A DNA stretch of 64,000 bases, taken from NCBI GenBank assembly GCA_973895155.1, contig OZ316893.1:18259836-18323835 (forward strand), given 5' to 3'. Position numbers and translations under genes: made by a program. Shown here one piece after another: positions 1 to 13,400 of this stretch; positions within the stretch are counted from its first letter, which is position 1, and each line of letters begins with the position of its first letter. The notes below the pieces were generated by a model. It searched no databases and was not told the origin of the DNA. It saw nothing but the letters and a program-made list of their open reading frames with translations. Source of the stretch: Marsupella aquatica (Eukaryota > Plantae > Marchantiophyta).

Positions 1-483
1 GAAACATAAGAGAACCCTAACTCAAAGTATGCGCACACATGTGGCCATGAAGGCAACAATTTTTTTTCCAATTCAATCCATCGCACTTTGGTATCCAATT
101 GTCTTTCCCTCTCTCGGCCATCGGCCAGCTCCTGTCGCAAGTCATGAACTTGATGATCTCAAAACTTCTCCATCTCAAGAGAAGCTTTCATGGACTTTGC
201 CGCTACGTTGCAAGTAGTCAAATGCTGGATCTGTGCCCATCGATACTTTGCAAACATCTGCTCCCGCTCGTATTCTATTGCTTCCTTTTCATCCTCTAAT
301 GCTTTTTGGAGAATGGAATTCTCCATCAAACTCATATCAAAAGCAGAAATACTTTTTTGTAACAATCCCTCAATCTTCTCAAAATTGTCCTTGCGATGAG
401 CGCCTTCCTCTAGAAAAGTTGAACGAACAAAGTCACATGAACAATGTTTTGATTCCATATGGTACTATCTCCGAACAAGGATT

Positions 484-681
484 CTACACGATAGTCGCAT
501 AGAAAACCTGAGTTTCTACACGATAGTTGCATAGAAATCCATTATCTTCCAAGATTGGAGAAACGGTTCTACGCGAGACTCGCGTAGAACTAAATAGAAA
601 ATTCTAAATTCTGACATAAGGGCTCTCAAATAGAGATTATGGGTTGATGAAAGAGACCCATTCTACATGACTCTCGTGTAA
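484..681. repeat. Cluster of 4 copies of palindrome CTAC(A/G)CGAG-N-CTCG(T/C)GTAG (motif A)
   Basis: Perfect 25-bp palindrome GTTCTACGCGAGACTCGCGTAGAAC at 566-590; degenerate copies at 484-502, 516-534 and 663-681. The same motif recurs at 5683-6539, 8564, 9910, 10024, 10268, 15020 and 15210. Confidence 0.85.
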
Positions 682-995
682 AGCAGACTCAAGTTTAGCA
701 CAATCCATAGAAAACAGAGAAATTATGTAGGTCAGAATTACCTTTGAGCTTCCTCAATGCAGCTAGAGCAAGTAATCCGACGTCATTTTCTGCCAAAGAA
801 GTCGTCATTCCCTTTGCACGTGCGAACTCCTCCATGACAATGTCAAGGACCGACGAGTTGAGTGAAAATAAATAGAAAACACAAATGATCCAAGGTCCGA
901 GGTCCGAGGTCCTTTTATAGTCCGAGACAAGCGTGAAAGAGCGTATCGTCCAAGGCGAGCGTGAAAGAGCGTGAAACAATCTGAGGGCCAAGCGT

Positions 996-1027
<32 letters not shown>

Positions 1028-1112
1028 AAGAGAGAGAGAGCGAGAGAGAGAGAGAGAGAGCGAGAGAGAAAGAGAGAGAGAGCGTGATTGAGAGAGAAAG
1101 AGAAAGAGAGCG
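996..1112. repeat. (GA)n microsatellite, interrupted
   Basis: Long GA dinucleotide run with occasional GC/AA interruptions. Confidence 0.95.
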
Positions 1113-1776
1113 ATAGCGAGTTGGAAAGCAACATATGCCCCTTCCGGGTGGAATACTGTTGAACAATGATTGCGGTTGCTACCCGGCCACCAAACTTGAC
1201 ACTCGGGATCTGGTGGAGGACGTGTCACTAACATGGGGAACCACCACCCGCCGCCAAACCAATCTGCATTTATGGAAATAGCTGCTCACCACACACCACG
1301 CCGCCATAAAAAAGTACTACACGACAATCTGGTAGAGTTGAAAGTCTGAAATTCTTGCACCCCCACTCACTATATAACGTGACTGTGAGTAGTGGGTAAT
1401 ACCGAAAACCTGAAATTACTGAAAAATTTGAACTTTTTACGGTGTTTAAACCTGCTGTTGCTGTTAAAGTGCCAAGTGTAAACCTTATTCCAACTTAGTT
1501 ACGCGTATACGCCTTACGGGTATACGTGTTAATTACGTGTTACGCCTTTACGGGTATACGGGTTTACGGCCTACGCCTTACGCGTTTAAGGAAAGTGTAC
1601 GTTACGGCACTAAGGCTAACTTTGCAACGGGACTTAGAAATGGATCGGGGACTTCATACCTTGATAGGAATCAAGCACAGAGTTCAGGCGCTCACTCCTG
1701 TCTTTTCACCACCCCTATTCACTTGCTCTTTCTCTTCGAAAGCAACCTTTGCAGCACGCAAATCACCGTCGCAGCT

Positions 1777-4205
1777 ATGGCAAACCTGGGTGTTGAGGAA
1801 CAGTATCAAATTGAAGCTCTAGTAGTCTCAAAAGTAGTGGCAGCTCGTATACCACGAGCGCCTGATAGTCTTTCTAATTTACAAGACTCCTTACAGCACT
1901 TAGGATTGGAGCGCTTGCTCAAGATCCCCTGGAATGTCGAGCTCGACTCCTACTTGCAGGATTTTGTGAAAGGGACTATCATCCCGATTGAATTCAGGTG
2001 AACGATTCGAGCTCGCCCCAGCCTGTGGACTGTTGAGAAAATTGCTTACGCCTTTGGATGCCCGTTAGAAGGAGAGGCGTTGTATTCCAAGAAGCAGGAC
2101 TTATCTACTCCATACTTCTCAGGAACTCGAAATTCCAAGAATGGTTGGAACTTATCCCAGTGTACTTATCCTGAATTGAGGGTACTCATGGAATTTCTGG
2201 TATCCATTCTTCATCCGAAAAAGCCAACTCTCTGTCCTGTGGCCTTAGCTAACACTATTGTAGCTGCTCACAGTGGAGCTATAAAAGTAAATTGGGCCCT
2301 ACTTCTGTTTAATGTAATGAAGGATCAAGTAAGGAGCTTGGAAGTAGGGAGGACCACTTGCTTACAGAATTATCTCTCTCAGCTCTATTATACCCATGAC
2401 TGTTTACATCTGGAGGAAGAGACAGAGAGGGGGTTACTCTTGATTGACCTGGGTATTGAAGAAGAAATTCCCATGGAAGACATTGTAATGTCACCCCATT
2501 GAATTCGAATGATTAGAACGTTGAGGAGAATGCTGATGTTCCTATGGAGGATGCTTCATTAGAAGTTCCTATACATTCTCCTATGCATAGCAGGGAAGAC
2601 GTTTGCCATCCAATGAGTGATGAGCATTCTCCCAGTCGGACCATAAGTGCAGATCCACTAGACGATGAAGGAGTAAGGAGCATTCATCAACAAGACAATG
2701 TTGCTACACCAACTGATGCTACTCCTCATGTGACCACCAGGTCCACTCCTTCAAAGGCAGAGTCAAATCAACAGCTTATTGATAAGTTGACATCTCTCCT
2801 CAGTTGCAGTGATGATGGACTATATGATGCTGTTAATAATTTGAGAATGGAGGCTGTTAGTTTGAGATCACCATTTCATGATCAGCTAAGTCCTGTCAGA
2901 ATGACCTCTCCCCCAAGAGAACCAGCACCAATGGAGTTCGTGATCTGTACCCTTGCCCCTGTACAGCCCCCTTCCCTAGAAACAAGTGAACCTGTTCCAG
3001 TAGCAGGTAGTACCAGCTGTGTGGCCATTGTGGATGACTTGCTAGAAATACTTCAGTGTGAACCTCGACAGATAGCATCCGTGGTCAGCAACTTGATCCA
3101 ACAATGTCCAACTGCTAGTCCCACTCTTAGCCCGGATTCATGACCTTACAGTCCAGATTCCAACTACGAACCCACAGAAGGACCCATCTACACTCGGTCA
3201 CAGTATGAGCACCCTTACAACAGAGAAGATCTACTTGAAGACTCTGATCCACCCTCACATGGTGAAACTTATAGATCTTATGATAATTCTCTTGAGTCAT
3301 CCCCAAGGCAGGGATTTGAAGATGTTGATACTGCCTTAAGATCCAATCCAAACTTAGTAGCAGTTGTCACCTCATCTACTCAAACACCCCCGGAATGCCA
3401 CTATCGAGAGTACATACCCAAGACACCCAGAGTCCCAAGTGCACAGGTATGTGGAGACCTATAAGATTATGCAGGCTAACAGACCACCAGTTGGAGAGTT
3501 CTGGAAATACTACTATCTCAAGAAGACAGAGGCCAGTTATATCTTCAACCTCAGGTGTTTTGGAACTTCCAGACTAGAGCTGGCACAATTTGATGAGTTC
3601 TGGACTGACTCTCTCTATTTCCGGCCCATTCTTGTTGTGATGCTACTTCAGGGTGATGTAGAGGTGGAGGATCCAGATTTAGTTTTGGCATATTTTGGAA
3701 ATTTGGCAGCTTTGCCCTAGATTTTGTGGTTTCTTTTCTCATGCAGAGTAAGAAATCTACTTCTCCCCAGAATGCTTACCTTCCTCGAGAACCCAAGGTT
3801 ACCCTTGTTTCAACCAGCTCATTTGCTGAGAAATAGAGGATCTGGAACAATGTCACCTCTCAAACTTTGGCCAACTTCAACCGGTATTTCAGAGATGTCA
3901 AATGGAGGCTTCACCCTTTCTATTCCAGGATGTTGAACTCTGATGACTTCCTATACCATTATCCCCAAGTATATGCTGCTACTTGTAATAACTATGATGT
4001 GATTGGGATATATAGAGAAGCTCTTTGAATAGATATATGTTATCTAAGGAAGAGAATGCCCCTGATGTATCCTGAAAGGCAACTGAGATGCCTACCCTAC
4101 TCTCGAGGATCCCCACGCCAGGCTGAACTAATGGAAGTTACACAAAATCGAACTATCACAGCAGTGGAGCTACTCGAACCAGAAGACATCCGACAACAAG
4201 CTTGA
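1777..4205 (+). pseudogene. Decayed retrotransposon-associated accessory ORF (plant-mobile-domain-like N-terminus + low-complexity region)
   Basis: ATG at 1777; ORF pieces 1537-2001, 2080-2502, 2544-3143 and 3364-3720 are broken by stops and frameshifts. Motifs LGLERLLKIPW, YFSGTRNSKNGWNLSQC and ELRVLMEFLVSILH align by eye with TGLEGFVRLPW, FPGPFTKNGFFRNQC and IGQLIDFLRVTLH in ORF 11337-12119. Element boundaries are not resolved. Confidence 0.55.
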
Positions 4206-5617
4206 GGAGTAGTCTAAGTGTTTTTAGTTAGTTTTAAGAATAATGCATCTTTCCCTATTTTTCAAAATGTGTTCTAGAGCTTTTAAAAGTTGTCATACTT
4301 CTTTAGTATATAGTCTGTACCTAGGAAAATCTGCTGGCAAAATCTCAGAGTTTTCTGACTTATAGTTAGGAAGTTAAAAATAGTTGAATTTGATAAGTTT
4401 TTAGTTGTACCGCAATTACAGCTTACGTTTTTATGCTTTTACGAGTTTATGCCTTTACGCTTTTATGCTTTTACGGCTTCTTACTTAGCCATTTTCCGGC
4501 TTTTCACTTGCTGAATTGTTATTTTGACTTTTTGAGGAGTATGAAGAGGCATGTCTCTTCGACCCTATGACCTCTTACTCTGTAGATTTTTACTATAAGA
4601 CCCCTCCCCCACTAGTGTAGTTTATGGTTAAGTTATGCATTTTTGCCTTTTCCTTGTGTTAAACTAGTTGATCATGAATCTATGAGTTCGAGATCAGGTT
4701 TAACATTTGGAGAGACTTACCTCCTTCTTGTGTTTCTATCTCTGATTAATAACACAGGAAGTAAAATTCCTTTTGTGCAAATCTTTTGAGTTGTAATGAC
4801 AGATTCCTTTTTGGTGACTCATTGCAATCTCTTGAGTTCTTAAAGTTAACTCATTGAGTTTAAGCCTTATTGAAATTGATGAATTTTCTTTCATGTTGCT
4901 TAGTACCATCTAAATGTTGAAGTAGTCACTCTTTTAGATTTTGTCTGAGTACCACTTAGAAAGAAAAGACAAGACGTGTTGACGGCACTTTAAAGGAGTA
5001 CTCTAGTAAGCATTTTAGACCTGAAAAGCAATATGGATTTGAATCCTTAAGTCTTTTCATTTTGACTTATGTCTAAGGAGCAACCTTGGTCAATTCCAGA
5101 CTCCCTTAGCATACTTTAAGATATTTTTCCTTGTGTTTTGTTAATCATTTCCTTTTCATTAATTTATGTTTACATGATGCTGAGTTATCATTGAAAACTA
5201 CTCACCGCTGTGGAGCGATCTTCAAAATACCTTAGTAAAGTAATCAAACTTGATTACTATGTGTGGAAAACATTTATAGTTTATTATTGTTGTTTAAATC
5301 TATCAAACCAACCCCATCTTGTTCTTTATGGGAATGAATACCGAGTTTGAAGACCATTAAGTGTATTTTTGGTTCTTCATAGCAAACTACAGTGACAGAC
5401 CACTTCGTGCAAGTCATTTTTTGAGACTTGACTCATTCGTGCCTTCAGTCCAAGGTGGGACTGTCGTTAAAGCGTGCTCTGTTGTTTTAGGTACTGCATC
5501 GGTACAATTTCTCGTACAGTTTTTCTCCTGTCATTTTTAATTTTGTTTTAGTGATTGTGTCAGTATGTAAATGTATGTGCTTGAGTCTTTCCCATTGGGT
5601 TGTGGTTTAACTGTACA

Positions 5618-6392
5618 AGTTTTAAGAGCCTACTAATGTATATTCAGTAGTAATCTCTATTGAATTTTGGACTTTTGATTTGCTACACGAGTCTCATGTT
5701 GTTCCCCTCGTCTATCTAAATACAACATTCAATAGAAAGTTCCTCTAAGAAGAATACTCATTTCAGAATATCCATCTCTCTATAGAAGTTTTAAGAGCCT
5801 ACTAATTGTGTGTATTCAGTAGTAATCTCTATTGAATTTTGGACTTTTGATTTGCTACACGAGTCTCGTGTTGTTCCCCTTGTCTATCTAAATACAACAT
5901 TCAATAGAAAGTTCCTCTAAGAAGAATACTCATTTCATAATATTAATCTCTCTATAGAAGTTTTAAGAGCCTACTAGTGTGTATTCAGTAGTAATCTCTA
6001 TTGAATTTTGGACTTTTGATTGTCTACACGAGCCTCGTGTTGTTCCCCTCGTCTATCCAAATACAACGTTCAATAGAAAGTTCCTCTAAGAAGAATACTC
6101 ATTTCAGAATATCCATCTCTCTATAGTAGTTTTAAGAGCCTACTAGTGTGTATTCAGTAGTAATCTCTATTGAATTTTGGACTTTTGATTGTCTACACGA
6201 GCCTCGTGTTGTTCCCTCGTCTATCCAAATACAACGTTCAATAGAAAGTTCCTCTAAGAAGAATACTCATTTCAAAATATCCATCTCTGTATAGAAGGTT
6301 TAAGAGCCTACTAGTGTGGATTCAGTCGTAATCTCTATTGAATATTGGACTTTTGATTGTCTACACGAATCTCGTGTTGTTCCCCTCGTCTA
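5618..6392. repeat. Tandem repeat, ~170-bp unit, ~4.6 copies
   Basis: Unit starts (AGTTTTAAGAGCCTACTA) at 5618, 5787, 5959, 6128 and 6297; each unit contains one copy of palindrome A. Confidence 0.95.
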
Positions 6393-6588
6393 AGATACAA
6401 TAGAATTTTCTCTTTAATGAAAGAACATTCAACTTTTTAGATGACTGTCTTCATTGCTTGTTTAAACTGGATTTGAATTTTCAGTTTTGTGATATTTGCT
6501 TACATTAGAGTTAGAGATTTTCACACGAGCCTCGTGTAGGATGTTTTAAAAGATGTTTTTGTTGCAAATGTTTTTCCTCAGATCCAAA

Positions 6589-9500
6589 ATGGCTTCAAGA
6601 ACACAGCTTCTACCTAGAGAAGTCGTTCACCTGCTTATCAATGAACAACCACTTGCTGGTGGAAAGGTTTTTTGTGTTCTACCTTCAGACACCTGCCACT
6701 CTGTGTTGCTTGGAGCAAAACGGATAAGTGTGGCAGTGGACAATGCTTTCTTTCACCTCGCACAGGTCCCGTATCCACATCCGGGAGCTGATCTAGTAGG
6801 AGAGTTGGTGAACTCCGTTGTTTTGTGGGATCGGCAAGATGTCCGCCATGCAAATGACATGAATCTTGGAGGTCAAACAAAGTCAGCTTATGTCATTGAT
6901 GACCCAGTTGACAATATTCAAGGTAATTTTGAATCAGCCACCGGATTGGAGGGGACAGGTTTTTGCGGAGGATCTGAAAGATCGTAGCACATGGTTCAAA
7001 AAGTTTGCCCTTCTCTATGCGGACGACGGAGAAACCTTGCTCGCAAGAGGTTGCATCATAAACCCACATCCTCTCGCGTCCATTAACAACGAGCGAGTTG
7101 GGGAAGATCATGTTGGTGTGAATATTTTGAGTCTAGCTATTGAAGCTGGCTTGGGAAAAGTTTTGTTCCCTCAATTTGTTGACGGATCACCATGCACAGT
7201 TCGATGGCCAATCAACAAAACTAGGATTGAGCCTGGAATGGAATATCTGAGTGATCTTTTAGATCGGAATGATGGTCATGATGAGGGAGTTAGAATTCTC
7301 TCATATATCAAGCCAAAAAGGGGCTATAACAATCAACAAAGAAATCCTCAAGATTCAAACCAGAAGGAGAGAAAACGACTCGAGAAAAGACGCAATCAAA
7401 AGATGTCTCGGGTGCCCATAGATACTCTTTATCGGATTGATTGTTGCTCATAGAGTTGTTGTCGACGACAACTCCATGAGACCGTCACTGACATTAGGGA
7501 AGAGTACTATGGTCTATCTCATGTTGAGCAACATACTTACGTGCTCAATCATCTTCATTGTCGTGATGATGAAACCATCGCCTCAGGCATGATTGTATTC
7601 AAGGGAAGCAGGATCTGCAAGGAAGCTTTCTGGAATATTCACGGATTTTCTCGAGGAACATTTTACACAATGTATTCACGATACATGGAGGGGGCAAAAG
7701 TTGGTGTTCATGGGAATGAAGGGACCATCAAGACCAAAGACTACATTGTGTTGTTCACAGAATCAATTTGAAGTATCCTGCAGAAATGTGCAGAACCAAT
7801 GCCACAACTTCACAAAATTGGTGTTTCAGGCAGGCAGGAAGTTGTTTTCAGGGTTCCAATAAGTTTTGGGAGAAAAGATGTTTTTGAAGAGGCTTGCGAG
7901 CTTAACAAAAACCTAGGTATTCACTCGCCCTCTCTCCCAACCTTCTACAAGCTTTTGGATAAATATTTCCCCAATTTCCAATTCCAAGATCGGAGCAACT
8001 TTGCAAAATGCGATCTCTGCACGACCATTAAAGAAACACTTCGGGGGGAGAAACGGGTGGATAAGATTTTAGAAATCAAGGCAAAGCGCGAACGGCATAT
8101 GTTGGAACAACAATCACGCAGGAGTATGTACTATGCAACAAAACTTGCAGCGGACCAAGAGCCCGACAAATATTTGTCTGTGATTCACGATAAAATGGAT
8201 CAAGCCAAGACCGGAATCCCTAAAATGACTTCTACACTCAAGAGCCAAGGAGGCAAATCAATCCCGCTACCAATGACGCTGACGAGGATGTTAACGCATG
8301 GACGGGAGCCTGGAATTTATGCACATTTTGCCCTTTCTGGTTTGTGGGCAAGCGATCCTGATTTTACAGTCTCTTTGCTTGCAAAGTTATTTTGTGATCT
8401 TGAATCATTTGTGGGAGATAAGACCGGCGATCTAGCTCTCAACACCTCTGACGTCACAAATCCAATCTTTGTATCCCTCTTGGATCGGTGTGCCTTTGAG
8501 GTAGGATACCTCAAAACCAAAAAGATCTCTCTCGCTCACTTCGCAGGGCTTGGTGATAATGTGCCACACGAGAGTCGCGTAGAGCCTTCAACATTGCTAC
8601 CCTTCAAGGCGCTTCCTCGACACCTCCACCTTCAACTTGATAACTTGGGAAAGGATAACAAGAACCAGACAGTTCTGGCTTTCTGTAGCGAGCTTGTTCT
8701 AAGAGGAGTGTTTGAGTCAGTAACTCTTTCCTTTTTGATGGTGGAGCACACTCATGAGGATGTGGATGCCTTCTTCTCTAGAGTCGGGATAAGGATCTAC
8801 AATCGAGAGCTTACCACATTTTTTGGTTTGATGGCGGAGGTTTGGGAGTGCGAGAAGAAACATCCGGTTCCCAGGTTCATCCGCGAAGTTGCATCTTACA
8901 AAGCTTATGTAGGACCATTTGTCAAAAGGATCCAGGGTCAATCAACACCTGTTCAATTCTTGTTCTCAATGAAGGAGAATGTCCCAGTCTACCAATATTG
9001 AGAGAAAATTGATACGCCTTGGCTACCGACAAAGGGTCAAACAATTTGGTTGTTTGACTTAGAGAGAAACCAATACAAATTTCCAATTGGAAGTCCTTAT
9101 TCCAAGCGGATGGAGTCTTCTCACAAGCGGGCGAATGACATTTTGGAATACTTGATCCATTATATCTCATGGCTGAAGACTGCATGGAAGGATGTTACAT
9201 CGGAGGGATATCGTCTCCGAAGTCCAGAGATTCAATACTGGGAAAACATTGTTTATGTGTTTCAGGACACACTTTGCTCTCCTTCGCTAGCAGGGGTAGA
9301 TTATCCATTACTTGATGGATTCTGGCCTTGAACGAACCATGGAACTGGGTATCGTCAGGATGGTCAGAACGTGGATACCAACCCAAGCGAAGACAATGGG
9401 GTGATGCATAATCTGGAAAGAGAGCTTCAAGAAGATGAAGAAGAGAGGCAAACAATCTTTGTTGGACACCCTTCTGAGCGTGAGAGGTCAAGATTTAGTC

Positions 9501-9898
9501 CTCTAGAAGATATTAAAAAGAATACATTTGTTATTATTCGACCCACCGATGAATTTGAAACCAGAATTCCGCAACAATTTTGGCTTGCAAAAGCAATCGA
9601 TTGTGTCGTAAGAGATCCCGACGATGCGCATGTTGGAGAGTTCCAAGTTGAATGGTGGCGCCCTCTTAATCGCAAGAGTTTGGCAACCGAATCAAAAAGA
9701 TATCGGGACTACTTTAATTCAACGCAAACGTGGGAAAGGGATCCCAATTACCTCATTCCCCCAATCACAAATGATTGGATCCTAGCAACTTCAACCATCA
9801 CCGGATGGACATCAAAAGCAAAAGCAAAGGTAAAAGTTCCAGCGAGAGTTTTGGAAAGTGTGAAGGTTTACATTATAGAAACGATTGAGGAGAACTAA
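6589..9898 (+). pseudogene. Sola-type (DDD) DNA transposase, pseudogenised
   Basis: One reading frame 6866-9898 is interrupted by 4 stops (7451, 7769, 8999, 9329), with a frameshift near 6930-6960 to the ATG at 6589. Motifs CDLC, HDKMDQAKT, LHLQLDNLGKDNKNQ and FLMVEHTHEDVDAFFS match the DxxDQ / QLDNxxxxNKN / GHTHEDxDxxFS signature of Sola-like (DUF7869-type) transposases. Confidence 0.8.
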
Positions 9899-10413
9899 AA
9901 TCCTTTCTTGACGCGAGACTCGCGTGGAAGACACTTGGTGATGCACGGCACGTCCTAATTGTCGGGTTCAGGATTGTGGGAGAACAATAGGCAAGGTTGG
10001 AGCTGGTTTGTTCCAGTCACTTTCCGCACGAGGCTCGTGTAGGCCGGATTACTTAGCTCGAGGATCATTTTGAGTTTTGGAAAGTGAAAGGTGTGTACTT
10101 GTACTCAATGTCATATTCATTGCAATGGCGTGCATGTCGACCTTTGGCTCGTGTCCGTTGTGGCCACAATGATGGTTTGGTGCTGGATCACGAGATTTGG
10201 GTGGGATGAGCTCAATTTCCTCTGTTATTGAGGTTAAATTGACAGGTGCTTTTGTATCATAATTGTGCTACACGAAGCTCGCGTAGGATGTCATAATCAA
10301 CTTATGACTTGCAAATCCCAGATCTCATCACACACACCCATATTCACATGGCATGTACTAATTGTCGGGTTGAGGACTGTGGGAGAACAATAGGCAAGGT
10401 TGGAGTTGGTTGG

Positions 10414-13400
10414 TGTGATGCCGTGCCAGGATCACGAAGTACTTAGTTAAGCCTAAAATAATGGCTAAATAAAGATTAGGTAGATATAATTAGGGAGTTA
10501 TAAAGATCGAAGCCGATTTCAATATGTTCGGGGGAAATTGTGATGGGATCTGATCCAACGGTCGCGATTAAGTGGGATTAGGGTTATGACCTAATCAGAG
10601 CTTGATCACGCAAGCCATCAGGAGGCAGCTTTGTAGGGAGGGGACCGACACTCTGTACACTAGTGCAATTGCTTGTTCGATCAACCTAGCGAGGTGGAAT
10701 CAGCTGCCGATCGAACGGGGGAGGTGGTTTGAGAAATTGCGCAGGTTCTTGGCATTCCGTGGAATGAACATAGTGAATCAGGCAGGGAAGTTTTGGGGTT
10801 GTTTGCTTGAAGAAGCAAGGCAGCTGATACCTATGTATGAAGACGTTGAGCCGGAGCGCATAGCCAGAGAACAAGCAAAGCTTGCGCGATTGTGGGGAAT
10901 TCACAAATCGGCATTTGTAGATACAGAGGAGGTATTGGAAAAGTTCTCGTGGACACCCACCAGTGCGGAGCTTGACGAATTGCTAATTCGGGAGAATAAG
11001 GTCGTGGGGATCAGGGAGGCAATCAAGAACGTCGGGCAACCACTTTGGGAATTGAAGGGTCACACTGCAAAGTGGACGAAGGTAGCTATTCTTGGGGAGT
11101 ATTCAGGCGCTGAAGAGATGAAGCGCAAGGGAGGTTCGGCATCTGCAACTCCAGCAAAGCTAACTAGGTCGGAGAGACCAATCAAGATGGAATCCGGGCC
11201 AATTAGAGATCGGGCTGTAGAAGATAAAAACATGACAGGGTGGGCGAACAGGTTACCTGCCGATTTACAATTACAGTTTGCAAGAGATGAGGATGAGGTC
11301 TTCAGTGTCGTTTAGGATAACAAATATGCAGGATATATGAATGACACTGGGTTGGAGGGCTTTGTCAGGTTGCCCTGGAGAATGGTAGACATACCGGATG
11401 AGGATCTGTTGGACTTCGTGGGATGCTGGGAGGCTTCTTCCAACACAACGCTGCTGTATGGAAAGGTGTTCAAATTAACACCTGCGCTTATCGAAGCCGT
11501 GTTCGCTTTACCAACAGGAAGGAAAACAAAGGTGGAGCAGAGGAAGACGTTGCCGGACGACCAGTTCAGGTCATTTCCAGGGCCTTTCACTAAGAATGGG
11601 TTTTTCAGGAATCAATGTACCAACCCACATATAGGGCAGCTGATTGATTTCCTGAGAGTCACATTGCATTGTACCTTGCCGAGAGCAAAAATCGGCAAAG
11701 CCCAGGTATTTTTGGTAGAGAATATCGATGCAAGCCAAGACTACAACGGCTATCTCTTAATGCAATTAAAGAAGGCATTAAACAAAGAGAAGCAGAGCAT
11801 TGGGGAGGGAGCGGTATCCAGACTAGGGTACCATCTGCAATTACTTTGCCGATATGCAAGAAGCCAGTCTTTTGCACCAGTGTTGCCTATACAGGAGCGG
11901 ATGCAGATCACTGCACCACTTGAGGAAGTGGAGGAGGACAAGGAGCCTCTAAACATACGACGCCACGGGAGGAGGTCGGCAACACAGGCAACACGAGAAC
12001 GGGAGCATTCCCCTATCAAGGAGCCAGAGGTAGTAACATATGATGTAGTGAGAAATCCGTTACGCAGGCATCCAGTTGGTCGAGAGGAAGATGACTGCCG
12101 AAGAGAGAAAAAAATATGACGAGCGAATGGATTCGGAGACAGATGAGGAGGTAAGCCGAGGCCAGGAGAGGCCGGTAGTAAAAGCTTCTAACAGAGCCCA
12201 AGTGAACGGATCCGTGGTGGAAGGTCAACCAGCTGCAGCCCAACAATTTTCAGAGGAGGAGATTGGGGGCTTTGGAGGAGAGGCCGGCATGTTAGGTAGT
12301 CAGGTCAATGTGGATGATTACGATGACGACTATGTCGATCATGGGGAGAGTCCGGTCCCAAGAGTTAGAACGATGGGAAGGTTTTGTAGAAGACTTCCCG
12401 CGGTCTTCTATGGCAAACCGGAGGACCAGAAAACGCCAGAATCTCCTCCACCAGATGTGACGCCATTGGAATTCGACAAGATGAAGGAAGCTGAAGCCGG
12501 GCTACATGAGAAGATTAAGGAGTGGGGGGCCCGGAATGCAGAACATGAATGCCAGCTACCAGGAGGAGAGTGGCCAGAAGGAATAAGACGGCTTAGTGAG
12601 AGGCAAGCCGAACCTCTCACTAACTTTGACCAATTACGGGTTGAAGCTTGGGAGAGACGACCTCGATGGCAGATGCCAGTATCACCTGGGAGGTCAAACT
12701 ATGCAAGAAATCGGGCTAAGGACTATGGAGACATGTGTGGACTCTTAGCCTTAGAAATCTTCGGCAACGAGTTGGAATCCGAGCCATTTCTTAGAAAAGA
12801 AATGGCTGATCAAACGAGACTGGAGGAGGCAATGACATTGGAGCGATTGAAGAAGGAGGAAGTAATCGCTCAGCTTCGCTCCATGGAGGCCGAAGTTGCT
12901 AAGATGAAGTCTGCTCAACCAACTCAGCAGGATCTCTTGGCTAGGCAATAGGAATTGGAAGTGGCAAACAACCAATTGGAAAACTACCAATTGGATAACC
13001 AGCAGATCAAGGAAAAGTTGACGAAGATAGAGCTGGAGTTAGCCGATTCAAAAGTAGAGGTACAGGGTTTAAATCGCCAAGTTGAGAGGCTCAGAAAGAT
13101 GGCTAAGGAGCAGGCCACCCAGAGCAAAAAGGCCTTGGTAGAAGCCCAAATGAAGTATGATAAGTTACTCGACTGGTTGGAGACCATGCGTGAGAAGCAT
13201 GATGACGCCATGTGCACGGTGGCCAATGATCACCTAAACCGGGTTCAACAGATACGCAAGGAGCTTCAGGAGGAGCTAACCAGGACAAAGCAAGCATGGA
13301 CGAATGAGGTCACAAAACTGGAAGGTATCAACGACTCCTTGAAAGCAGCCGTAGATAAGCAAGAGTTGGAGATCGTGCAGATCTTAAATGAGGAGTTGAA

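Noticed and set aside
159-458. 99-aa minus-strand coiled-coil-like ORF
   Set aside because: Could be an exon of a TE gene running off the window, but there is no identifying motif.
695-1234. Minus-strand ORFs with SLSLSL runs
   Set aside because: Artefact of translating the (GA)n microsatellite.
1464-4993. 10-bp inverted match TTAAAGTGCC / GGCACTTTAA as TIRs of the 1.5-5 kb insert
   Set aside because: Too short, and no target-site duplication flanks it.
5618-6392. Palindrome-containing repeats as a CRISPR array
   Set aside because: The whole 170-bp unit is repeated, so there are no unique spacers.
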